Of a stretch of 32,000 nucleotides of DNA, positions 10,698-20,944 are shown piece after piece. The stretch is from Amoeboradix gromovi X-113 (taxonomy: Eukaryota; Fungi; Sanchytriomycota): positions 23,020-55,019 of the forward strand of contig JADGIF010000003.1 of NCBI GenBank assembly GCA_018985225.1, written 5' to 3'. Made by a program: the position numbers and the translations under genes. The notes beneath the pieces are model-generated. The model had not been told where the DNA came from, did no database searches, and saw nothing but the letters and a program-made list of their open reading frames with translations. Position 1 is the stretch's first letter; each line of letters opens with the position of its first letter.

Positions 10698-13600
10698 ATG
10701 GGTTTAATTAAAAAGAAGAAAGAAAATGATGATGATATGAAATCGATGGAGAGCGTATCCCCAGATAAAGAAAACAAGCTGAGGAGGATTTTCAAGAAAA
10801 AGGATAATGATGAAGATGATATGAAATCTATAGACAGCATGTCTCCAGAAAAGGAAAGCAAGCTCAAAAGATTGATGAAGAAAAAGAACAGAGAAAGCGG
10901 CGAATTTTTGTCGTCTGCTGTGTCTTTGAACCCTGAAAATAGTGATGAGAAAAAGAAGCATTGGTATTCCATGAGCAGAAAGAGGCGTGAAGATGGGCCT
11001 AGTGTTGAGAGTTTGGGAAAGTCGCATGCAGAAGTAGAAGAGGAACAAATAATTCCAGAAGACCCGCCACCAAAATCCAAAAGTCGTGAGCAAGTGAACG
11101 AGGACAGCTCTCAACGATCAAGAACCAGCAGTGGTAGATCCAGAAGACGGCCATCAACTTCTGAAAAAAAGGAAGACTTTTCTACGGCATTGATGCGAAA
11201 AGATAGTAGTCCATCTGGTAGTCGAAGCAGAATGAGGGAAACAACTAAAGGTAAATCAAATGATAGCATTGAACAACCTGTGCCTGTGCCGCAGCGAACA
11301 ATGTCTCGCAAGAGATCTGCATCTAACAAGTCACTGGAAAGGTCCCGCAGTCATTTAAAACGAAAGGAATCACCTCCACCACCTATACCAACCGGAATTG
11401 TATACAAGAGTAATCCTCGCGTAGCGGAACCATCAACATCAGGACGGGAACTCCCAAAAGAGCAACTAATTGATAGGGAAGGTCCTAAGCGCGATAAAGA
11501 AAAAAATGGGCAACCAGTTGAGCGAATTCCGTCTAATAAATCCCTCGGCCGTCGCACGTCTGAGAAGTCTATAAACAAGCCAAATTTCCAGTTGCCTGCA
11601 GCCCCACCACCTGCTTTGAAAAGGAACAGAAGCCAGCATAGTGAGGACGAGTTTTTTCCAGATGCAGACGCAACTATGAATCTTAACTCTATAACTTCAA
11701 AAACAAAAACTAAGCTAACTAAAGATACAAAGTGGCCCAAGGAAGCTCAAGAACTGTTCGATTATTTTCAGTCTGAATTTCCTTATGTTTTTGAGGAAGA
11801 TTTCTCACCCGTTGTATTGGCTCTCAGTATTATGTTGGAAAAGGGACCCATTCAAGATCTTCAAACTCTAAGTCATTTAATATTGAAAGCTGAAAAGGCA
11901 TTTGAATTACTCGTGAGTGACAGATATGACCAATTTCAATCGTCCTTGGAGACATACACTGCTTTGATTTCTAATGTATCCTTGTCAATGGAAGCTACCA
12001 AAAAGTCATATCTCAAAGGAAACGAAATTAAAGACTTCTTGGTAGAGAGAAACGAAGATTTGCTATCACTGTACAACAAGTCATTAAAACTTCAAAACAC
12101 TCTGAAATCAGTTGAAATCATTCGCAAGATACAACTGGACATAGAATCTGTCGATTCTTTATTGGACAAACACCAATACCTTCAGGTTAGTAAGTTATTA
12201 AAGAAATGCCAACTCAGTTGTGACAACCCCAACTTAGAAGTCATACATAGCATGGCAAGTATTAAAAGAGACCTGTTATTTAAGATAAATGTTGTGTTTG
12301 AACGAATACTCCATGAGTTACAAGACATAATATTTTTAAATCATTCTAAATGTGCTAGCCGATGTTTATTACTGGAGGATGCATTCATCACTAAGGAGGC
12401 CACCAGAAAGGACGCTATCATAGCTGAGCTGGTACTGAAACCCACAGATGGTGCAGTTAACGAGGATTATGAGAATATGTCAGTTTTAGAGTACTTGCAG
12501 GTATTAATACTATCCGTAATAGAACTTGATAGGCAAAATGAACTAATTGATACCATATATAGGAGTGCACAGTCTCAAATGGATGAAATCATGGAGAACG
12601 CTAAGGCAGCAACAATTAGAGAGTTTGCAAATTATAAGTCAACTGCAAAACAGCCAGACACATTAAATATAGACGACTATGCTGTTAAGGTGTTGGACGC
12701 ATATTTTCAATATCTTTACTCCAAGTTAATTGGCATTTTGCACTTGTTGGGATTGGTACAGGATATTTTGAAGAAATTTGTTAAGGTTAAAATATTTGAA
12801 GAATGCTGGGCCATATTCAGAAAAGAGCTTATCAATCTAATGGAATCGTTGCTTCTAGGAAACACTCTCGCAAGTCTAGAATCATTAAAAAACGAGAAAG
12901 CCAAAAGCTTAATGTTCAAGCTTAAGAATGTTGATTTTAAACATTCACTATTTATGAAAACTAGACTGCAGCAGCAGCAGCCATCCCTTTCTTTCGATCC
13001 GTTCTCCATAAAGCTGGATAATAACACTATGCATTTGGCCAATTCCAACATATTTAATATGCTGAGCATATTCCCAAATACCTTGGTGTTTCTCGAGTTA
13101 AGCATGAAATTAACTAGTGTGTTTAAAGATTCAGATTTAATTATGTTTTTGGATGAATGCTTTCAGCAATATTACTTTCCTCAGGTTCAGTCTCAAATAA
13201 ACGACATTGTTGATCAAATTGTGATCGACAGTGATGCATTCCACCTAGAAAGCAATCAGGATTTAAGTCTACGTATAATTAAACGAACTTGTAGATTAAT
13301 TAAAAGTTTGGCTACGCTGATGAGTTTATTACCATTTCATAACAATGAATATTCTCTAATTTTGTTCAACCTTATTAAAAAGATTCACGATAGATGCAAA
13401 TCATATCTAGTTACTGTTTGTGCCCATAAAAGCACTTACAAATTTCTGCAAAATGATTCAATACTTAATTGCCTTGAAAACGAATCTAATTCAATGGAAA
13501 GCAACACCTTATTGATTCAAAATGAGTTCACGTCTAACATCTGTAAAGACATAACCAAAGATGCTCTAATGAATGATTTTACAAGTTTAGCGACTATTGC

Positions 13601-14423
13601 CAAGTTAAATGCATCATTAAGCTGGTTGTTAGTGGAGCTGTCAAGTACAATGACTGTTGAATCTGTAAAGATTGAATCGAATCTGGTTAGTATTAACAGT
13701 ATGATTAGTTTGATGGAGGACACTGTAACATCAAGTGATTCTTACTTGGACAAAGCAAGTACAAATCTATTGCAAAGCCAGCAACAAGTGCCTATTAATG
13801 CAGAGAACTTTAGAACATTTGCTGGTATCAAACTGGATGTATCAAGGCTATCCAAGCAATGCTTGTTCTCACTTAAAATGGAAATGCGATGCCATTGCTA
13901 TTATTACATGGATTTGATATTTCGAGAGGGAAACTATGAGTACAACGGTAATAAGCCTGAGCCTGATCACTATGTTTATATATTAAACCATACTTTAAGC
14001 TTAATAGAGGATGTAATCAAGGAGCATTTGACTGCGAAAGAATTTAAATTTATCTTTTTAAACATTCAAGCGCTGTTTGAGCATTTGTTCATGACAAACC
14101 TCAAGTATATCAAGAGGATAGATGATAGCGGAATAGTAAAGATGAGAAAGAACATACTCTCGATTGAACAACATTTGAGAGACATTGTGGATAATGTTAG
14201 CTTATTGCAAGTGGAACATTTTTATGCGAGTTTCAAATACTTTGATACAGGAAACTATGTAGATTTTATTTGCAAGGAGCAATACCAGTATAAGATGGAA
14301 GATGTCAAGTATTTATTGGAGTTAAAAATGACCGGGGTTGCTGAAGCAGACGCAAAGATAACAACCCAGATAACAATGATATTAGATCAACTAAGAGCCA
14401 AAAACAAAATTAGTACCAAATGA
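10698..14423 (+). CDS. SEC8: exocyst subunit Sec8/EXOC4 with long disordered N-terminal extension
   Basis: DFSPVVLAL, YDQFQSSLETY, LKMEMRCHCYYY, GIVKMRKNILSIEQHL. Confidence 0.85.
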   Translation: MGLIKKKKENDDDMKSMESVSPDKENKLRRIFKKKDNDEDDMKSIDSMSPEKESKLKRLMKKKNRESGEFLSSAVSLNPENSDEKKKHWYSMSRKRREDGPSVESLGKSHAEVEEEQIIPEDPPPKSKSREQVNEDSSQRSRTSSGRSRRRPSTSEKKEDFSTALMRKDSSPSGSRSRMRETTKGKSNDSIEQPVPVPQRTMSRKRSASNKSLERSRSHLKRKESPPPPIPTGIVYKSNPRVAEPSTSGRELPKEQLIDREGPKRDKEKNGQPVERIPSNKSLGRRTSEKSINKPNFQLPAAPPPALKRNRSQHSEDEFFPDADATMNLNSITSKTKTKLTKDTKWPKEAQELFDYFQSEFPYVFEEDFSPVVLALSIMLEKGPIQDLQTLSHLILKAEKAFELLVSDRYDQFQSSLETYTALISNVSLSMEATKKSYLKGNEIKDFLVERNEDLLSLYNKSLKLQNTLKSVEIIRKIQLDIESVDSLLDKHQYLQVSKLLKKCQLSCDNPNLEVIHSMASIKRDLLFKINVVFERILHELQDIIFLNHSKCASRCLLLEDAFITKEATRKDAIIAELVLKPTDGAVNEDYENMSVLEYLQVLILSVIELDRQNELIDTIYRSAQSQMDEIMENAKAATIREFANYKSTAKQPDTLNIDDYAVKVLDAYFQYLYSKLIGILHLLGLVQDILKKFVKVKIFEECWAIFRKELINLMESLLLGNTLASLESLKNEKAKSLMFKLKNVDFKHSLFMKTRLQQQQPSLSFDPFSIKLDNNTMHLANSNIFNMLSIFPNTLVFLELSMKLTSVFKDSDLIMFLDECFQQYYFPQVQSQINDIVDQIVIDSDAFHLESNQDLSLRIIKRTCRLIKSLATLMSLLPFHNNEYSLILFNLIKKIHDRCKSYLVTVCAHKSTYKFLQNDSILNCLENESNSMESNTLLIQNEFTSNICKDITKDALMNDFTSLATIAKLNASLSWLLVELSSTMTVESVKIESNLVSINSMISLMEDTVTSSDSYLDKASTNLLQSQQQVPINAENFRTFAGIKLDVSRLSKQCLFSLKMEMRCHCYYYMDLIFREGNYEYNGNKPEPDHYVYILNHTLSLIEDVIKEHLTAKEFKFIFLNIQALFEHLFMTNLKYIKRIDDSGIVKMRKNILSIEQHLRDIVDNVSLLQVEHFYASFKYFDTGNYVDFICKEQYQYKMEDVKYLLELKMTGVAEADAKITTQITMILDQLRAKNKISTK

Positions 14424-14697
14424 AACGACGTGACTATGCATTTCCAACAATTGATTTCATAAGGTTGGGAATAATAAATTTATCTACTGTAACTATCATA
14501 CAAAGTGTGCTGCTGAGCTATGTATCAAATCAACCTCTTCAAGTCGATCATTGACTCTAGTTTAGCAGAGAAGAAAGGACTGCCAACCTTTTTTTCTACT
14601 TATAAGTGACGAAATATGAGGAGCGCTGTGAAATATAGTAAGCAATTTAACAATGGGTGTCCTAAGCTAAGTAAATATAATTTACTAAAATTTCAAG

Positions 14698-15888
14698 CTA
14701 TACCAGGAAGTTATTGAGAATGTAATCAAACTGATCGCTCATTGAAGTATGAGTCTCGCTCTCTGTCCAGTTTTGATCTTGAACTAAATCCAAGATGAGT
14801 TTTAAATTTGGAAGAGTCTTACGCAAATCCCTCATTCTTAAACCACGTAAAAACATTATTTGTTCGACATCCTTGTTTAGCAGATAAACAGACCAGTCCA
14901 ATTTCCCCTCATAGTTGTACAGTTTGATTGATCTGGGAGAATTAGTATTGTCGGGATACTTAGTAATAGGATCCAAAAGGATACAATGAGAACCCCGGCA
15001 CAATATCGGGTATTTTAGGTCAATAAAAAGATATTTACTAAGCAAATAAACAAGATGAGCAGCAAAGCCAAGCGAAATAGAAATCTCTTTAAAATCCACG
15101 TTGACAAAAACACTGTTGGGCAGAAACTTACCATTTATGAAGCAATTGCCGCTGTTCATATCAATATGGTATACAAAACTTAAATCACGAATGATGCGTA
15201 ACTGCATTCCCTGAATTTGAGAAATTATGGAAAGAAGATTTTGTTTATTAACACTATATATTGATATACTGTTATATAATCTAGTAGATTCGTATTTCAG
15301 GTTGGATCTGTAATTATCCAGATGTTGTTGTTTTATTGATATGAAATATTTGAGACTTTCTATTTTGCGTTTAAATAGTGTGACAGTGACTCGCTTTTTT
15401 TCTACTATGTCTCTCATAGCTTGTAGACGTTGTTTAATGGAAGTATCATTTATTGTCTTAAAACTGTCTAATTGAATTTGCAACTGAGATATCTCAGACT
15501 TTAGATTTAAAATTTTTTGACAAGTTTCAGGATTGCACTTGACAGCTTGTTTTGAAGAGTCACTTTTGATTGAAATATTTTCTGCGTTTTCCATATAGTA
15601 GCCGCTATGATTTTGAATTATTATTTGCATTGGTTGCTTGGATAGTTTGGGGAGTTTATCACCAATAAAATCTACATTTACAATTTTGCTAACATGCATA
15701 AGGTTATTGTCAATATAGTATTCTACTTCAACAGTGAAGTTGTGGAATATAGTGCCATTAATTTGAAAGTCAACGTTTCTGCCATGTTTCCAACTTGTCT
15801 TTTGCATGAGGCCATTTTCATTGACAAAATACAATCGAGTCTTGCCAGTGTTTGGCGGCATATTTCTTATTAAGATCGAGTGGAACAT
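14698..15888 (-). CDS. VPS38: UVRAG/Vps38 (PI3K complex II subunit)
   Basis: Coiled coil, then SLGFAAHLVYLLSKYL, YPI.CRGS, VYLLNKDVEQI, DLRKTLPNL. Confidence 0.85.
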   Translation of the reverse strand: MFHSILIRNMPPNTGKTRLYFVNENGLMQKTSWKHGRNVDFQINGTIFHNFTVEVEYYIDNNLMHVSKIVNVDFIGDKLPKLSKQPMQIIIQNHSGYYMENAENISIKSDSSKQAVKCNPETCQKILNLKSEISQLQIQLDSFKTINDTSIKQRLQAMRDIVEKKRVTVTLFKRKIESLKYFISIKQQHLDNYRSNLKYESTRLYNSISIYSVNKQNLLSIISQIQGMQLRIIRDLSFVYHIDMNSGNCFINGKFLPNSVFVNVDFKEISISLGFAAHLVYLLSKYLFIDLKYPILCRGSHCILLDPITKYPDNTNSPRSIKLYNYEGKLDWSVYLLNKDVEQIMFLRGLRMRDLRKTLPNLKLILDLVQDQNWTESETHTSMSDQFDYILNNFLV

Positions 15889-15917
15889 AAAATCTTAAAA
15901 TTATAAAACAAGGGTAT

Positions 15918-15940
15918 GTGACACATTCTATAAAAACTAG
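15918..15940 (+). repeat. orphan left-TIR-like sequence of a related subfamily
   Basis: gtgacacattctataaaaactag, 17 bp upstream of copy 2. Confidence 0.45.
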
Positions 15941-15957
15941 TTAAGCCTTTTACAAAT

Positions 15958-16436
15958 GGGACATCAAATATAAAAACTGGACTAACTTTCTATAACAACT
16001 TGGCACATTATTTCAGCTTTATTACTTTATGGATTTAAGAGGCGAGTGGACATTCAGCTAGTTGCGGAGTTGACGAGTATAAAAGGAAAATAAATATTCT
16101 GTACAGCTATTCTCTTACTCTTTCATTCAATCTTTATTTCAAATAAAATATCACTATTACACTTCAAAGAAATAGATAAGAGTAATGATGTTAGTATAAC
16201 ATTACAAAATGACACTAGAAAAGAGTACCGTCTAAGAAAATGCACCTTTTGCTTAGATGCTCAAAGACCTCATATATTTGAACGAGATGCAGGGTCTTCT
16301 AGTTTTATTTTAAAAAGAGGAATACAATCAATGAAAGAAAATTGGTATAATAGAAGATCTTTTATCAATGATAGCATTTCCTGCGTATGGTGCACCTTTA
16401 AAAACGAGTTAGTCTAGTTTTTATATTTGGTGTCTC
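15958..16436 (+). mobile_element. non-autonomous TIR element with Fanzor/TnpB C-terminal remnant, copy 2
   Basis: GGGACATCAAATATAAAAACTGGACTAACT ... AGTTAGTCTAGTTTTTATATTTGGTGTCTC. YYTSKK at ~16155-16172; stop-free frame 16172-16417 IDKSND...RKEYRLRKCTFCLDAQRPHIFERDAGSSSFILKRG...NELV*. Confidence 0.9.
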
Positions 16437-16444
16437 AAGTGTCT

Positions 16445-16920
16445 CAGAAGTGGAAGCAAGCAACATTCCCGTATCTTGCTACCTATACTGTAAGTGAATA
16501 CTTGTTGCTATCAATGACTTAACTTTGATACTCTGGTCGAGCACAGTTACTCAGTAGATACTAAGATTTGAAGATTGTTACAAAAAGCACCAACTACTGC
16601 ATTCAACCTCATCAAAGTGGGAGTACTGGCATAAAATTGGCCCATCATCAAAGTAAATGACTTTTTCATCCTCTTCACTTTCTCGCTCTTTTTGGAAGAC
16701 GATGGCACAAGAATTATTGTGCTTGTTGAACTGGTCGCTTAAGCCGAGTTTTTTGGTGAATTTTACGACTTCAGTACTATTACAACGTGCTGATATGACT
16801 TTCATAATGTAGTTCTACTTACCTTTTCGGTAATTTTTTGGACATGTTATTCGATATCCCTTGCGCTCCCCATGTCTAGTTTCCATAGATTGTGCCATGC
16901 GTATACTTTTGTTACTCATT
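16445..16920 (-). pseudogene. possible decayed IS630/Tc1-like transposase fragment
   Basis: ARCNSTEVV...VIYFDD...KYSLTV*VARYGNVACF, interrupted by stops; weak resemblance only. Confidence 0.25.
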
Positions 16921-16949
16921 CTTGATAAAAGGGCAACAAACATTTGTTG

Positions 16950-17200
16950 AAATATACTTTGTTATCTGTGTTTCTACGTAATTGCAAATGCGTTGTCGAA
17001 AGGAGAATAGAAAATGAGATTCAGAGTGTATAATATTCCGCTAAGATTTTTATTATCATAACAAATGAGTTGCGAACAGAGAAAGTAAGATTTTGCTATT
17101 TTGCGCTTCAACAAGGAAAGTATGAAGATTAGGCAATGCCATTTACTGGAGAAACAGTTCAAACCCAGCTTGTAGTTTCCAATGGCCAATTAAAACTATA
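16950..17200 (-). pseudogene. possible decayed LINE reverse-transcriptase fragment
   Basis: LQAGF (QxGF motif) ...NLHTFL...LSLFATHL and FDNAF in broken frames. Confidence 0.3.
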
Positions 17201-17292
17201 TCACGCTCTTGAACCTCATGACGGCAAATCATAAAGCTAGAGTGTACTCAGTTTCCAATATGTTCTCGGGGAAAGGGTTGACTTCGAAACTG

Positions 17293-18725
17293 ATGAACCA
17301 GACCATTCTTGAGAGAATTGGCAACACGCCGCTCGTTAAGCTTCAGAATATACCGCAGAGCGAAGGGATCCAGTGCCAGGTATTGGTCAAATGTGAATTT
17401 TTTAATGCTGGTGGAAGCGTGAAGGATCGTATTGCTAAAGAAATGGTTTTGCAAGCTGAAAAAGATGGAAGGTTAAAACCTAACTGCACTTTGATTGAAC
17501 CTACCTCTGGCAATACCGGTATAGGTATCGCATTATGTGCTGCTGTCAAAGGCTATAGATGTATCATAACTCTCCCAGAAAAGATGAGTAATGAGAAGGT
17601 CTCAGTTCTGAAAGCTCTGGGTGCTGAAATTATTAGAACACCAACTGAAGCTGCATGGGACTCACCTGAATCTCACATTAGTGTTGCAAAAAGATTAAAT
17701 GCCAAGATTAAAGATAGTGTAATTCTTAACCAATATGCCAACCCCGCCAACCCTGATGCTCACTACAAGTACACTGCTACTGAAATTTGGGAGCAGTCCG
17801 GTCATAAGGTGGACATGTTTGTAGCCGGAGCAGGTACAGGTGGCACTATAAGTGGTACAAGTCGTCGGTTAAAAGAGCTAAACAAAGACGTTATTATAGT
17901 TGGTGTTGACCCAGAAGGGAGTATACTTGCTAGGCCATCTTCTCTTAACAAATCTGAGGGTTCTTATCAAGTTGAAGGCATTGGTTATGATTTTATTCCT
18001 GAAGTATTAGATCTTGGACTTATCGATAAGTGGTACAAATCCAACGATAAGGAGTCTTTTACTTATGCCCGCAAACTAATAAAAGAGGAGGGGCTGCTGT
18101 GCGGCGGCTCTTGTGGTTCCGCTCTTGCCAACGCCTTTAAAGCTATACGAGAGTATGGGTATGACAAAGATCCTTCAAAGACAGTTGTTGTACTCTTACC
18201 TGATTCTGTTCGTAATTACATCACCAAGTTCCTATCCGACGACTGGATGAAGATTAATGGGTTCTTGCCAAGTGACCCTCAGGTTAAATCCCCGATAGTA
18301 GAAGAGATTAATGCTTTGAAGGGATATACGGTCAAAGATTTAAAACTGTCTAGCCCTTTGACAGTGTTTCTGAATGTAACATTGAGCTAACTTAGGAGAG
18401 CTGTAAAGTAGCAATTGAATTGATGAAAAGTAACTCATTTGATCAATTGCCTGTTGTTGACAATGATAATAAGATCAAGGGATTGATCACATTAGGTAAC
18501 ATTCTTTCAAAGCTATCATCCGGTAAAATTGATAAAGAAACTACCGTGGACAAGGTGATGTTTAAATTCGACAAGTCAAACAAATATATTGAGTTGAACA
18601 CTAGCGCGACCTTGAGTGAATTAAGCAAGTTTTTCGATAAACACAGCGCTGCAATCATTACCGAAAATGATAAAATTGTGGGAATTACAACCAAAATTGA
18701 TTTAATTACGTGGATGATGAAGTAA
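17293..18725 (+). CDS. CYS4: cystathionine beta-synthase; exons 17293-18375, 18396-18725
   Basis: [38 protein letters not shown], plus a C-terminal CBS-domain pair joined by a 20-nt intron (LTVFLN|[10 protein letters not shown]). In-frame upstream ATGs at 17218 and 17260 are possible starts. Confidence 0.95.
18376..18395 (+). other. 20-nt spliceosomal intron
   Basis: GTAACATTGAGCTAACTTAG with GCTAAC branch site abutting the acceptor. Confidence 0.92.
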
Positions 18726-18734
18726 ACAAATTTA

Positions 18735-19268
18735 TTAAACTACATATCTATAAAACAAGTACACAGTTAGAAAGAACAAGACAATGAGAATCCAAAACAG
18801 CCATAAATCGCTAGACAGTCGGGTATTGATTTTGGCAATTAAGCTTTGAGAGACACCCAGGGTGCTCAGACTGGTCAATATTTTATTTTTCATTTTACGC
18901 ATCGTTTGGTTTTGGCTGCTCAACTCACCAATATATTGCTTTCCTTGATTTATCATGGAATCAACTTGTGTGTGAGCATACTCCATCTGCAATTGTTCCA
19001 TCTGGATATGGGTGTGATCACTACCTTGAAATAATGCTTCTCTATTTTTCAGCTCGTTTTCCTGAGCTGATTTTGAATTTTGCTTCGTCATGATAACTGT
19101 GTATTTATCTCTTATGTTTGAGAGTTCGGCTTGTATCTTCCTTTTTTGGACAGGGTGTTCGTGCTGAATTAACAAGTGCTGCTCATCAATTAGCAGTCTC
19201 AGGTCTTTTAACGTAGCATCATTAGGTCGTTCTTCATATGTTCTTAATTTTTCATAAATTGATTGCAT
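18735..19268 (-). CDS. BOS1: Qb-SNARE Bos1/membrin (GOSR2), shortened
   Basis: SNARE helix ELSSQNQTM..KNKIL..LSTLGVSQSLI..I..R..SD plus C-terminal transmembrane segment. Confidence 0.75.
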   Translation of the reverse strand: MQSIYEKLRTYEERPNDATLKDLRLLIDEQHLLIQHEHPVQKRKIQAELSNIRDKYTVIMTKQNSKSAQENELKNREALFQGSDHTHIQMEQLQMEYAHTQVDSMINQGKQYIGELSSQNQTMRKMKNKILTSLSTLGVSQSLIAKINTRLSSDLWLFWILIVLFFLTVYLFYRYVV

Positions 19269-19310
19269 AAGTGCAAGTATGTAACACGGGAATACTCTTC
19301 AGAATTTTAA

Positions 19311-20108
19311 ATGTCGAACGCAGCAACTGAAATACTATCGAAAACAGCCATTCCTTTAAAATTTCAAGACCACAAATTGATACCTGAATCTGTCCCAAAC
19401 AACATTAAACCTAGCAACCAAATACTGCAAGGAAGGCTATGCGATATGGCAAATAACATAAAAGAGTGGTCTAATGTTATAATTAATAGTGCTAAGCAAA
19501 ATAAGAACTGGATGCCTGTTAACACTACAGCTGATTTATTAAAATCAAGATTGGAGGATCTTTTAAAGGAAATGGATGAATATCACAAGTCTCTAGACGT
19601 AAAGCCCCCGTCAGTAGACGAAGTTATCTCTGAAAAAGAAAAAGTGGCAAGCATAAAAAGCAAACCACCGGCAAACGTGCAAATCCCTCAAGAGCATTTG
19701 CCATTTTTAGACTCTAATTTTGCATCTGCTGTAGCGTATCAACAATACTACCCATATTTCTATCAACCACAGTTACAGCAGCAATCTCAATCAGTTCCCT
19801 ATTCACAAAGGCCACTATATTCGCAGCCGCCAATGCTACAACAATCTTCGAGCGATTTGTCAAATTTGTCTCCGTTGCAAATGCAGCAATTATATTCACA
19901 ACAGCAGTTTCAAATGCAACAGAATCCTATGTTTATGATGCCGCCATATTCTTCCGAGCAGCCTCTGCAGCAACAATATCTTGTGCCAATCTCGTCTTTT
20001 CCATCTCAGATCCATTCACCGATATCTCCGGAAGAAAAGAGTCAAGAGAGAAGCGGAGACACTGATTTCACCAAACTTTTATTTGAAGACATGGAAAATC
20101 AAAATTAA
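19311..20108 (+). CDS. hypothetical protein with Q/P/Y/S-rich C-half
   Basis: 265-aa ORF tightly packed between neighbours. Confidence 0.75.
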   Translation: MSNAATEILSKTAIPLKFQDHKLIPESVPNNIKPSNQILQGRLCDMANNIKEWSNVIINSAKQNKNWMPVNTTADLLKSRLEDLLKEMDEYHKSLDVKPPSVDEVISEKEKVASIKSKPPANVQIPQEHLPFLDSNFASAVAYQQYYPYFYQPQLQQQSQSVPYSQRPLYSQPPMLQQSSSDLSNLSPLQMQQLYSQQQFQMQQNPMFMMPPYSSEQPLQQQYLVPISSFPSQIHSPISPEEKSQERSGDTDFTKLLFEDMENQN

Positions 20109-20119
20109 TTAAATAAAAA

Positions 20120-20536
20120 TTATTTTTTTGATTTCCACTTTGATTTCTTAATCTTCATTGGCCTTCTACCTAGAAATGTGTTGTTTTTTTCTTTCAGAGC
20201 TTTTAAGAAATCGGGCCCGTCTTTGAAGCTAACAAATCCGTAGCCTTTTGATCTACCGGTTTTGTAATCTTTAACTACTTTTGCTTTTTGAAACGATTTG
20301 AATTCCTGGAAACAATCTAACAGCATCACGTCTGTTACTTCATCCCCAAGATTTCCAACATATATTCTGAAATGAGACGGATCAAAGTCATCAACATCAG
20401 TTGCAATTCCATCGAATTTTCTGGGTTTTTTAATTGGAATTAATGGGACAGATACAGTGCTCGGAACTTTTTCTTGAGAAGGTTCTTCATTCTTCACAAT
20501 ACCTTTCTTGAAATAACCATTCAACATATTGCTCAT
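20120..20536 (-). CDS. RBM42: RRM protein RBM42-like
   Basis: FRIYVGNLGDEVTD...SFQKAKVVKDYKTGRSKGYGFVSFKD...GRRPMKIKKSKWK. Confidence 0.85.
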   Translation of the reverse strand: MSNMLNGYFKKGIVKNEEPSQEKVPSTVSVPLIPIKKPRKFDGIATDVDDFDPSHFRIYVGNLGDEVTDVMLLDCFQEFKSFQKAKVVKDYKTGRSKGYGFVSFKDGPDFLKALKEKNNTFLGRRPMKIKKSKWKSKK

Positions 20537-20604
20537 TAGTATCACGCAAAATTACAAGTTTCGAATGGAGATTAAAAAATTCAAGTGAGTATTTAGAAAC
20601 ATAT

Positions 20605-20908
20605 GGGACATCAAATATAAAGACTATACTAACTTTCTGATACAGTTTGAATCATTATATCAAGTGTGTGTTAACCGATAGCAAATTACATTAAATTAAT
20701 CAAATTGGTTGCACCTTTTACTTAGACACTCAGAGATCTTATATATATGAAAGAGATAGTGGGTCATCTTGTCTTATTTTAAAGAGAGGAATGGCATTAA
20801 TGAAAGAAAATTGGATTGAAAGAAGGACTCTTATTCATAATAGTATTTCCTCCTTATGGAGTACCTACTTTGAAAACGACTTGGTCTAGTTTTTATATTT
20901 GGTGTCCC
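20605..20908 (+). mobile_element. non-autonomous TIR element with Fanzor/TnpB remnant, copy 3 (diverged subfamily)
   Basis: Same TIRs; frame CTFYLDTQRSYIYERDSGSSCLILKRGMALMKENW...NDLV*. Confidence 0.85.
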
Positions 20909-20944
20909 AATTTACAATAAATTTTTTTAATAAAATTTTAGGCC

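Noticed and set aside
10694-13917. Short antisense or alternate-frame ORFs inside SEC8 (and similar ones in PRL, CYS4, PRI2, PUS1, kinesin)
   Set aside because: Shadow ORFs of real genes with no motifs.
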